Below, piece by piece: positions 37,926 through 49,001 of a stretch of DNA of 64,000 nt (its first letter is position 1; every line of letters starts with the position of its first letter). The position numbers and the translations under genes were made by a program. The stretch lies in the NCBI RefSeq assembly GCF_035084215.1, contig NC_090340.1, positions 2,914,001-2,978,000 on the forward strand, written 5' to 3'. This DNA comes from Heptranchias perlo (Eukaryota). The notes beneath the pieces are model-generated. The model was given only the letters and a program-made list of their open reading frames with translations, searched no databases and was not told the DNA's origin.

Positions 37926-39947
37926 TGTGCCAAAGGACTTCACGGGATTTGTTACATTGCAGCAACTGTTGTTGCGAATGGAGAAATTAATGCTTGAGGA
38001 TTTTACCACGAAGTTTTGAGATTTGGCCACGGTTCTGCTGGGAATTTTCCGCGTGCATTCTCCAAAATGACCGAATGTGTGTTACCCGAGCTATCGTATT
38101 GAAGAAATTGACGGAAATCTGGAGTTTCATCTCTTCCAAGCACTCGAACGAGGAAAAATTGACAGATAAGAATACTTTCAAAAAGAAAGTTCTCATTTTG
38201 AGCTGAATGAATTAACTAATCATTAAAATGGACCCATCGACCTAATTTGCCAAATGTTGCTAGAAATGTAGCAAAGTGTTAATTTGATGGAAATATCATG
38301 TGGTATTGATAAGCGTTAAGAAATGTGCCGCTTTCATCTAAAGGTAGCCGATTCGTAGCTAAAGCTGTAGAGGTGAGCAGCTATTTAGAATTAGTATCTA
38401 AAATTTCTAGTGGTAATAGTTTCACTTTCCGGTCCCGCTCTTAAATCCTCGTTGTGGCGAAATGTTTAATCTGTTATGTTGAACAATATTCTAAAAATTG
38501 CTCCAAGAACTGATGCAATGCTCACCAACACTTTTTATAAAGATGCCTGAGTTTCCGTTCAATGTGTATCAGGTTCGTGAGGAGCGTGACATGAAAGACA
38601 GCAACGTCTATTTTCTAGACGATTACGTGCAATGTAATGTTACACATAAATTCACATTATATAAATGTTAATTTATTATTTTCAATTCACTAGGGGAAAT
38701 ATTTTGGCGAAAGAGATCAAGCAATAATAAACAAAATAGTACTTGGGTTTTCACATAAAATGATCGATTTCCCCTAATGTTACTTTTCAGTGTCAGTTTG
38801 GGAATTGGATGAGGGTGGCATCTAATAGCAGATCTGTAAAGTTACCTGCATTACGAACAATTCTTGAAACTAGATGTGTCCTGCTACACGACAGTGCTAC
38901 TGATTGGTAACGTTTTATTAATCTGTTCGTACTTCTAGAAATGTTTGTACGGTTGGACAGATATTCTGGAGTTTTACTAGTTTTGTGTTTGAAAGCGAAA
39001 ATCCTGTCAATGCTTCCTTCCTCGGACATTAAACGAATTGTGTCGTAATCGTATTAAATGTGCACTAAAGATGATTAATATCGTTCATATAATATTCAGG
39101 GTTACCGAAAGCTTCTTGTTTAATCAAATCAGTTTAATCATTTTTATTGTTTATTTTCGAAACATCACCGGTGAATCAACCTAAATTCACCTAAACCAAA
39201 TAATATGTTTATTGTCTGTGTAAAATGCGAATATACAAATATGATAGAGTTAGCTTTCATAAATTGTAATAAAGTGAAATCCCCTAATTTTAAGTGCCCA
39301 AATTGTTCCTAAAACGCAGTAAAATTTTTATTTGCAGATCGCATGTTTAGGAATCAAAAGTGCCACAGTGATATTTATAACCAACGCATTGCTGCGAATT
39401 AAGTACTTTTTAAAAATACTTTTCAAAATATGACAGGACGATATATCCACAGTGACGTACACTTGCATTTTACTGTGTGGTTTGACCTTTATTAACATAA
39501 ATTAGAATGTAAACTCTCGGAGGCAGAGAGACAAATATTAGAGAGAGCGATCAAAGAGATGGCAGTATATTTATCATCAACTATCATCAAGATAGATGAT
39601 TGCAAAACAATTTAGAAACTAATTATCATTTTATTTTTCGCTGTCCAATTCATTCTCTGCTGTCATATCACATGTCGTATTAAACGTGTTCTCTTTACCT
39701 TTACAAAAAAGTACATTCTTAAGCGCATGTTATTTTACACGTTAAACTATTGCATATATGTGAAACATTAAATAATAGTTGATAGCAAATTCAAATTTAA
39801 CAGTTGCATGGCAGAATGAAGTGGCACGAGCTTTTCCAAGCAATAGGCAAGTGCTATTGTATTGTGAATTCAATCCTTCCAAATTAATAAAGCACTAACT
39901 ATTTCTGCATTCTGTTACATTGTAGGGCATTGAAACTAATAAGAAAA

Positions 39948-40161
39948 TCAGCAGTTAACTTGAGCGTCATACACGTGCAGTCTATATGACCGGCAAATGG
40001 AAGCATTTATACCAGTGAAATCTTTTTTCCATCGGCAATTGCAATGTCTGTTATTTATGTAGAGTTGTTTTTTCCTTGCTGCTCTCAGTTTTCTCATCAA
40101 GCTTCCCAAATTCTGCTCATATTCATGCAGCTGGTTAAATCTACAGTCCACTCCTCGGACT
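39948..40161 (-). CDS. Gene B putative cytoplasmic exon (coding only if the TM exon exits in phase 2)
   Basis: Acceptor GTTTACAG| at 40161. Phase-2 reading gives RVRGVDCRFNQLHEYEQNL...QLYINN...VYDAQVNC-stop. The other two phases stop early. Confidence 0.4.
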
Positions 40162-41149
40162 CTGTAAACATCATATTTGATTAAGTGATTAATTGATCAT
40201 TTTTGTCAATCTGGAATCTATCGTTTCAACGCTGAACAGAATGGGGAGATGTAAAGTGTAGCTTTAGCAGTTAACGAACATTAGTTAGTGTTACCAAATT
40301 CGGCATGTACTGCAGTTAATTTAAGCCACATTATACCAATTCTCGCCATATTTATAGAGTGCAGCGTCATAATGTGTTGCAATCGATTCTAAAACACTGC
40401 TGTCTTATAATCCACGTGTATGAAGTTAAGATGTAGACCTCAACCTTACGATCTTCAGTATCACATTCTCGATAACACGTTATACGAATAACCTTTCGTT
40501 ATAAATATACGAAGTTTTGAATTAAACGCAACGGTCTTCATAGCTAGATAGAGAACGTTTTTTTTACTTTGGGAAATATGAGCGTTGTTTTGAAAATTTT
40601 GTTCGTTTACTGTGATTAAGAATACGTATTTCTTCAGAGATTTTCTGCTTAGATCTTTCAAAACAACATTAACATAACCCCATGAATTAAAACAGAGTAG
40701 CTTCGAGAATCTGTAACTTTGTGCAACATTTCAGTTCTATATGCAGAAGAAACGATAGATATCCGTTCGTGCTAAATGAGTTTAATAGATTCGAATTCAT
40801 CCCATTGGGGATGCTGAGTAAATGGTCCTTGGCATCTGTGAATCGTGTTGGTGACGGACTATCTACAGTCTTGGTCAAATCACATCAAATATATAATAAA
40901 GTTTTTTTTAGCAAGGCCCTAATAATTTATATTGGTATACTATTGCTTCCCACTGTTCTCCGGATGCAAGTCGGGCTGTACGGATAGAAACGTGTTAAAA
41001 TATTGCCTTTTCCAATTTGATGGTTGATATATATCCATACTATTTAGCAGAAATATCGATCTATCTCGTGTGATAAAATTACAGCCACCATCTATTCTGG
41101 ACCACTGAGGAGAAAGCGATGCATAACAAAAGAAGCTGTGATTATCCTC

Positions 41150-41560
41150 CGTAGAGCAGAAAAGGTTAGGTGGAGAATTATTAGCGGCGTTGAAAATTAT
41201 TAGGGGTTTTGATAGAGTAAATGGGGAGACAGTGTTCCCACTGGCAGTAGGGTCAGTAAGCAGAGGACACAGATTTAGGATAATTTGCAAAAGAACCAGA
41301 GGGAAAATTAGGAGCATTTTTTTTTTTACACAGCAAGTTTCTATGATCTAGAATGCATTGCCTGAAAGCGTGGTGGAAGCAGATTTAATCGAAACATTCA
41401 AAAGGGAATTGGGTATATACATATATATATATGGCAAAGGATAAAATTCAGGACTATGGGGTAAGAGCAGCAGAGTGGGACTAATTGGATAGCTCTTCCA
41501 TAGAGCCGGCGCAGGCGAATGGCCTCCTTCTGTGCTGTATTATTCTATAATTCTATAATA
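41150..41560 (+). mobile_element. CR1 3'-end fragment (intronic)
   Basis: End of ORF2 plus 3'UTR GAATGGCCTCCTTCTGTGCTGTA and an ATTCTATA tail. Confidence 0.75.
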
Positions 41561-42208
41561 TTCCAATTGATGCAAGGATGCCTATTCGGTATCAAATGCT
41601 GTAATATGTTTTATGAACAATGATATTTGATTCAACAAACAACAAAAACTTCTACGTTTGCAAATCATTAAGGTGGTCGATATGCAAAGGTTGCACAGTG
41701 GGCTATTTCTTGCCTCGATATTAAGTTTTAATTTCCTACATTGTCTATTATTTGTTAGATTGCAAAACTAGTGTTTGGTTACTTGGCTAGGTTAAAATGA
41801 AACACTGGTCATAGTGGTGAATCTAAGTTTATTCTTAAAGCCAGCTGTATCACCCAGTCTTCTATGCACCCGGAGGTTTGCAAAGTAAGGTGAATTCCAT
41901 TGTGCCTTGGCGAATGAAAGACATCAGAAGTTCAAATTTTCATTAATCTTTTCTGAATAAAACTTTTGAAAAGGTTTAAAACTCCATTGGAAATGATTAG
42001 ATTTATAATGCATTGCATTCAGGTATAGAATCGATTGCAATCTTCAGCATTCTTCTATGTTCCATGCCTTTGACATGAAAGAGCATCAACTTCAACTCTT
42101 AAGTCAGAACTGAGTAATCTATGCCCGAAGATGCTTTTGATCTCGCTCACGTGTTTTCTATTAAAATTAAACATTTTTAACAAACAACGAAATTGGTTGA
42201 TTGCTTAC

Positions 42209-42324
42209 CTTTTAAGCTGTCCTTTCATTAGCGTCGCTTCCAATAATGATCGCCGCTGATAGGAATAACAATACAATCCCTGTGCATCCAGAAATCAATA
42301 AGTAGTTGGCGATATGCTCAGTGT
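42209..42324 (-). CDS. Gene B transmembrane exon (DTEHIANYLLISGCTGIVLLFLSAAIIIGSDANERTA-stop as assembled)
   Basis: Acceptor TTTTATTTTGCAG|, donor AAG|GTAAGC. 116 nt with an uncharged hydrophobic helix. In-frame TAA at 42212-42214. Confidence 0.78.
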
Positions 42325-44806
42325 CTGCAAAATAAAATTTACATATAAGGCTGCATAGCTCAGAGACTGCTTTCAAATCACAGCTTAATTACAGTTTATT
42401 TGCTCGAGAAATATTCAAGTTTTTAGTAAGTCCCCAGTATATGGTTGTTGTTATTTGAGGCACATCTTTTAAGAACGGAATGTAGGATAGATAAATCTTG
42501 TCACCGTTCAAATTACATTAAAAGGGGCTTGTGGCCTAGTTACAGTGGACGTTGCTATGCGATAGCAGATCACTGTGTGTTACATAGATAAATCAAATGA
42601 TGTCAAAAGATTAAATCCCGGTGTCGGTATTGGGACATAAATGCTGCCGTTCGTTATTGAATAACAGAGGAGCACACTCATTGATAATCGATGGCCTAAG
42701 GCTGATTGACGAAATGAACAGGGCCTTACATGCTACACACATTTATACACGGTTTTCAGTGATACATGTTATTTCAATTTAAGGAATTGTAAAATGAGTA
42801 AGTCGGCCGGTTTGCTCAGGATGAGCTGAAGGGTATGTTGTTGCAAAGTTGCGTGGGGCTCTATGCCGATTTGAAGGGACGTTACTAAGATTAATTTTTC
42901 AGATACAGTGGCGTTGATGTTTTTCATTGGTTTCTGGAAAACAAATACATAGGAAAATATCACACTTTTAGTATTGGCCAAACATTTCTCTGAAGCTCTT
43001 CCCTCAAGCAAGTTCTAACGCAAGAGGCGAAAAAATGCTTTGTAATATTTTCAATGTTCGCTGCAAGTAGATGATTAAATGAATATGTTCCCCTCACATA
43101 CTACAGTTAAAGATATAAACACGCGTACGTACATTTCATGCGAGAGCAATAAGTTATATAGGATATCAAATAGCCGGAAAGATGCGGCGCCCCATGTGTG
43201 AAGCCAGCAGGCAGAGGAGCCGAATTAATTTTGTTTTATTGGGATGTGGGCAGTTTTTATAACATATGTATTATAATTCATATTTTATCGCTGGCTAACA
43301 TAAGGAAATGAATCTGACGATCTCCGAAAGTATGCTTATTAGTTTAACCAAAGTTAGAAAGGAAATGAACAACTTTACCAGTGTATAAATCAGTAACCTT
43401 GTAGATCACTATGGCTGGAGTCTGGAGAGAAATATGCGATATCAGACATGTATAAACACTCAAGCTTTGAACTGGTTGTTGCTCTTCCAAATAACTAGCA
43501 GCTTCATACAAGCCATTCTGGGTATTCCGCCGTTTGATGGTGTTTATTCCAGTTATAATTTGGGTGCCATTTTTATACCAAGTGATAGTGAGATCCTCCG
43601 GATAATATCCTGCCGTTTCACATACGAGAATCAGAGAAGCAGAACAATCTTTTCGATTTTCTGCTGAGGCTATCTTCAATGGCGTCGGCGCTGCTGCAGA
43701 ACAGAAAACGCAGAAGAAAATAATATTACCGGGGCTCCTTTAGGTGATTCTAACACTATTTTACTTTGTGTGCATTACTGCACGAGGACTGCAGCGAATA
43801 ACGCGACGTTTTCTTCGTGTTTATGAATAGCTGCTGCATATTACAATCTATTAAATTATTACACCGGGTACGTTTTTCTTCAACGCCTGAACAAAAGAGC
43901 CTGATTCAGGGACAGAGTCTCCTTAACAGGCACAAGCTTCTCAATATTTTCCTTCTATTAAAATTAAAGGACAGGATGTTGTGAGCAGCCCCAAGTTTGC
44001 GAGAAAACAGATCTTTTGTCAGTGGACGTCGACCTTTCCAATTCCATTCCTCATTTTAACAGACACCTTTAAATAACATTTCGTCCTCTTTTATTGTGTG
44101 TCCGTTGACAAAAATTAGCATGGAATGCCAAAAAATCATAGCTGAAACATGTTAAAGGCTTCAGTGAGCTTTTTAACATAGATCTGATTGATATATTATT
44201 TAACAAATACATTAACGGTGACAAATATGCAATGCCTTTTGTACTGAGATAAAATTGTAACGGTTCTTCACCGTGTTCGCACTTACCACATACTGTTAAA
44301 TGTGATCCGCTTCCATTTCCACTTCTCCTTCCTTGACGGATGACTGTGCAGTAATAGACTCCTGAATCCTGGAAACTCACATTCAGGAGCTGGAGGAAGC
44401 CAACTGCTTTAGTTTGGAGATAGAATCGCTTTCTGCTATCTGACCTTGTGTGCAGGTATTGATTCTCACCCTCTCTCCACCAATATACGTTTACATGGGA
44501 GTTGTCCAGTGAGAAGGGAAATGTGCAATAGAAGCTGGCGTTCGAACCTTTGATCACTGTCATCCGCTCAGGAATTTGAGACACACTAAGTGAGGTATCG
44601 CTGGTGGCTATCGGAAATAAATCACACAGGTATTAATCGCATTAGCTACGGCGGAGGTTAAAACAGTATGAAAGAAAATACTTTTTATGATCGAAAACCG
44701 CTTTACGCATAATTTATGTGGAAGGGATTCGGATACAGAACATATACTTACCAGTGCAGATATTCCTCAGCACGGAGACATAGTGAAGCACAACAACTGC
44801 TAACAT
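42212..44806 (-). CDS. Gene B (whole): type I membrane VJ-C1 IgSF receptor, paralog of gene A; 267 aa as assembled, about 339 aa if the TM exon frame is corrected and the 40161-39948 exon is used
   Basis: Exons 44806-44752, 44607-44287, 43693-43379 and 42324-42209 splice in frame with GT-AG introns. Confidence 0.8.
43379..43693 (-). CDS. Gene B C1-set Ig domain exon
   Basis: Acceptor TTCTGCAG|CAG, donor G|GTAAAG. 315 nt, phase 1/1. Motifs LVCETAGYYPEDLTITWYKNG, GLYEAAS and YTCLISHISL..P. Confidence 0.92.
44287..44607 (-). CDS. Gene B V-set Ig domain exon, germline-joined VJ type
   Basis: Acceptor TTATTTCCGATAG|, donor G|GTAAGT. 321 nt, phase 1/1. Motifs VSQIP, ASFYC, VYWWR, LQL...DSGVYYC and a J-like GSGSHLTV. 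Confidence 0.92.
44752..44806 (-). CDS. Gene B leader exon MLAVVVLHYVSVLRNICT
   Basis: ATG at 44806, donor G|GTAAGT. 55 nt, phase 1, with a 144-nt intron to the V exon. Confidence 0.82.
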
Positions 44807-46037
44807 TCTGAGCAATAATCTCAAATTGTTCACTGGCTGCGTGTCACTATGAGGTGGATGGTTTGTATGCAACGTTCCGGTAGATCCATCAGCATCGAGT
44901 CACAGCGACGTTTTACGTTATTGTCGTGCAAGTTCAGGAAATGTGGGGTGCGAATTCATTGCGGTAAATGGAAAAGGATCTCGGGTGAGTTGTAAAACAG
45001 GCTGTCGATTGAGTATCGCCCGTTTTGCCCTACCTCCCAAGTGAATGTTTCTTGATTTCGGAAGAGAGGTGTGCGCTTAAACCTTCGCAGAAATCGCCCG
45101 TTTTATTGAGAATAAAAAAAGTTAAATGTTAACCGAAACTTGCAGAAGTTCAAATTCATAGTCAACCAAGACTTGTCGAACCAGGATTGTTGCTTATTCG
45201 TTAAACTCTTGGAAATGTGTAACCTGTGTAAATTGTCTCAATTTATGGATCTAGCATCAGTTTAGTAAGACTTTTGTTCCAGTTACGGGGGTGGGGGTAG
45301 GTCATATTTTAGAGGATTAGGTCGCATATAATTAAATCGATGAAGAGCCATGTAGTTACCCAATATCGAATTTAGATTGAATTCCGTCAATTCCTTGCAT
45401 GCCAATCCCATCGTTACTTTGATGTTTTTAGATTTGACTAGACATTGCAAACATAGCACGACTACCGTCCATGTTTACAGTTCATGTAACACGTCCCAAG
45501 CAGAGGAACATTTCCTCCAAGAGTGTTCAAAAGCAGCAGAGGTAAAATATTCGATGATGCTACTAATGTAGAAGCTTATTTCTCTTTGACAGTGATGAAT
45601 AATTTCCACTGACGCCACCAACCAAAACATTGAAGGATCTGATGTGCCTGTGGCCTTCAGTATCGCACTCCTTGTAATGTACCGTAAGGCATTCCAGCAC
45701 CCAGCACTGAATAATCAAACACGCAATTCACAACACGTTCTACTTTTCATCGGGTGACGCTTAAAACGGCGGCTCTTCTGCCTTTCCGTGCGTTTCAGGT
45801 AGACTTGAAAGGCGCATGACACTATTCGAAGAAAAGCAGAAAATTCGATTATGGGCGGAGTCAACATTCCTTCTTCAAGATAATAGATTAAATTACCATT
45901 CCTTCCATTTCCTCTTTGTGGGTTCTCGCTGTGTGAAACTTTAATGTCGCGTTTACCACAAAGCAACACCCACTATTTCAAAAATAATCAGAGGTGAAAC
46001 ACTCCGGGATACTCTGGTATTATCTTAAAAGCGTTGA

Positions 46038-46063
46038 ATATATATATATATATATATATATAT
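46038..46063. repeat. (TA)n microsatellite
   Basis: About 12 perfect AT units. Confidence 0.95.
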
Positions 46064-46872
46064 GCTCTGTATTAAATTGGAACAGAAAGATATGACACAG
46101 AATGTCCTAAACACATTACTTCTTGACACAAAAAATCATAGAATTACATAGAAAGAACAGCACCGAAACAGGCCAAAAGGTCCATGCTGGAGTTTATGCT
46201 CCACACGAGCCTGCTCCATCCAATCTTCATCTAACCCCATCAACATATCCTTCTATTCCTTTCTCCCTCATATGTTTATCTAGACTCCCCTGAAATGCAT
46301 CTGTGCCATTTGCGTCAACTATTTCTTTTGGAAGTGTGTTCAACATTCCAATCACGCTCTGTGTAAAGAAGTTTCTCCTGAATGCACTATTAAATTTATT
46401 AGTGATTATCTTCTACGTATGGACCCTAGTTCTGGTCTGCACATCAAGTGGAAACATCTTCTCTCCGTCTATCCTATGAAACCCTTTCATAATCTTAAAT
46501 ACCTCTATCAGATCACCCATCAGTCTTCTTTTTAATAGAAAAAGAGCCCCAGCATTTTGAGTGATTCCCGATAGTTAAAACCTACCAGTTCTGGTATCAT
46601 CCGAGTAAATCTTTTAGCACCTTCTCCAGTGCCTCTGTAGCATTTTTATTATACGGAGAGCAGAACTGTTCACAGTACTCCAAGTGTGGTCTAACCAAGG
46701 TTGTATACAAATTTAACATAACTTCTCTGCTTTTTAATTCTATCCCTCAAGAAATGAACCCCAGTGCTTTGTTTTCTTTCTTTTACAGCCTTATTAACCT
46801 GCGACACTACATGTAATGATTTATGTATCGCTACCCCAAATCCCTCTGCTTCTCTACCCCATTGAGACTCTT

Positions 46873-47089
46873 CAAAAGTAAAATACTGCAGTTGCTGGAA
46901 ATCTGAAATATAAACAGAAAATGCTGGAAAAGTTTAGCAAGTGAGGCAATATCTGAGGAGAAAGAAACAGATTCAACGTTTCAGGTCGAAGACCTCTCGT
47001 CAGAACGTTCCGATGTACGGCCTTCGACCTGAAACGTTAAATGTTTCTTTCTTCACAGATGTTGCCTCATTTGCTAAGCTTTTCCAAAT
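46873..47089. mobile_element. Small non-autonomous palindromic element with hammerhead-like core and 8-bp TSD
   Basis: Imperfect palindrome 46925-47086 centred at 47006/47007. AGACTCTT is duplicated at 46865-46872 and 47090-47097. The minus strand carries CTGACGA-G-AGGTC-TTC-GACCT-GAAA-CGTT. Confidence 0.8.
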
Positions 47090-47183
47090 AGACTCTTATT
47101 TTCCAAGGAGTGTGTGGCTTCCTTATTTTTCTTACAAAAATGTACCATCTCACCTTATCTATATTGAAATGAATTTGCCAATG

Positions 47184-49001
47184 CAGATAGTATTAAATCA
47201 AAGGAAGAGGCATATAAAGTGGCCAGAAAAAAAATCAGTAAACCTGAGGAATGGGAACATTTTAGAATTCAGCAAAGGAGGACCAAGAAATTTATAAAGA
47301 AAGGGAAAATAGAATATGAGAGTAACCTAGCGAGAAACATAAAACGGACTGTAAAAGCTTCTTTAGGTATGTAAAAAGGAAAAGATGGCGAAGGCAAATG
47401 TGGGTCCCTTACAGACAGAGACGGGAGAATTTTTAATGGGGAATAAGGAAATGGCAGGGAAATTAAACAAATGCTTCGTGTCTGTCTTCACGGAAGAAGA
47501 CACAAAAAAATCCCAGAAATATTAGAGAGCAAGAGTCTGGGGAGAATGAGGAACCGAAAGAAATTAGTATTAGTAAAAAAATAGTACTAGCGAAATTAAT
47601 GAGACTGAAAGTCAATAAATATCAAGGACCTGATGATCTACATTCCAGGATTTAGAAAGAGGTGGCTATTGAGATGATGATGAATTGTTTGTCATCTTCC
47701 AAAATTCTATAGATTCTGGAACGGTTCATGCAGATTGCAGAGTAGCAAATGTAACCCCACTATTTAAGAAAGGATGGAAAGAGAAGAAGGGAACTACCGA
47801 CCTGTTAGCCTGACATCAGTAGTGGGGAAAATCGAGAATCTATCATAAAGGATGTGATAACAGGACATTTGAGAAATAATAATAGGATTTGGCAGAGTCA
47901 ATATGGATTTATGAAAGGGAAATAATGTTTGACAAACCTATTGAAGTTCTTTGAGGATGTAACTAGTAGAATTGATAAGGGGGAACTGGTGCATGTGGTG
48001 TGTTTGGAATTTCAGAACGCTTTTCATCGGTACCACACAGGAGGTTGGTGAACTAATCTTTCAACTAAATATTTCAAAGTTTGCTGATGACTTAGAACTA
48101 GGTGGGAATGAGAGTTGTGAGGAGGATGCAACAGGGGCTTCAAGTGGATAAAGGCAGGCTAAGTGAGTGGGCAAGAACATGGCAGATGGAATATAATGTG
48201 GAAAATGTGAAGTTATCCACTTTGGTAGGAAAAACAGAAATGCAGAGTATTTTTTAAATGGTGAGAGATTGGGAAATGTTGATGTTCAAAGGGAACTGGG
48301 CGTCTTTGTACATGAGTCACTGAAAGCTAACATGCAGGTGCAGCAAGCAATTCGGAAGGCAAATGGTATGTTGGTCTTTATTACAAGAGGATTTGAGTAC
48401 AAGAGTAAAGATGTCTTACTGCAATTATATAGGGCCTTGGTGAGACTGCACCTGGAGTATTGTGTACAATGTTGGTCTCCTTACCTAAGAAAGGATATAC
48501 TTGCCATAGAGGGAGTGCAGCGAATGTTGACCAGACTGATTGCTGGGCTGGCGGGATTGTCATATGAGGAGAGATTGAGTAGACTAGGCCTGTATTCTCT
48601 AGAGTTTAGAAGAATGAGAGGTGATCTCATTGAAACATAAAATTTCTTACAAACATACAAAATTCTTACAGGGCTCGACAGGGCAGATGCAAGGAGGATG
48701 TATCCCCTGGCTGGGGGAGTCTAGAACCAGGGGTCACAGTCTCAGGTTAAGGTGTAGGCTATTTAGGACTGAGCTGAGGAGAAATTTCTTCACTCAGAGG
48801 GCTGTGGGGGCTCAGTCATTGAGTATATTCAAGACAAAGATCGATAGATTTCTAAATATTAAAGACATCCAGGGATTATGGGGATGGTGCTGGAAAATGT
48901 CGTTGAGGTAGAAGATCGGCCATGATTTTGTTGAATGGCGGAGCAAGCTTGAGAGGCCGGATGGCCTATTCCTGCTCCTATTTCTTTTGTTCTTATGTTC
49001 T
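47184..49001 (+). mobile_element. 5'-truncated CR1 LINE nested in an opposite-strand CR1, with internal deletion near 48055
   Basis: RT remnant 48269-48640 (ALVRLHLEYCVQ.WSPY). TTCTTATG tail at 48982-49001. Confidence 0.88.

Noticed and set aside
38793-39029. 78-aa minus-strand ORF with an internal GCAG|GTAACT donor as a further exon or gene
   Set aside because: No recognisable domain, no convincing acceptor and no partner exons.
39364-42577. CACAGTG/CACTGTG heptamers (about 39364, 41694, 42571) as recombination signal sequences
   Set aside because: None has a nonamer at 12 or 23 bp, and none is adjacent to a V exon. Both V exons already include the J-like strand and end in splice donors.
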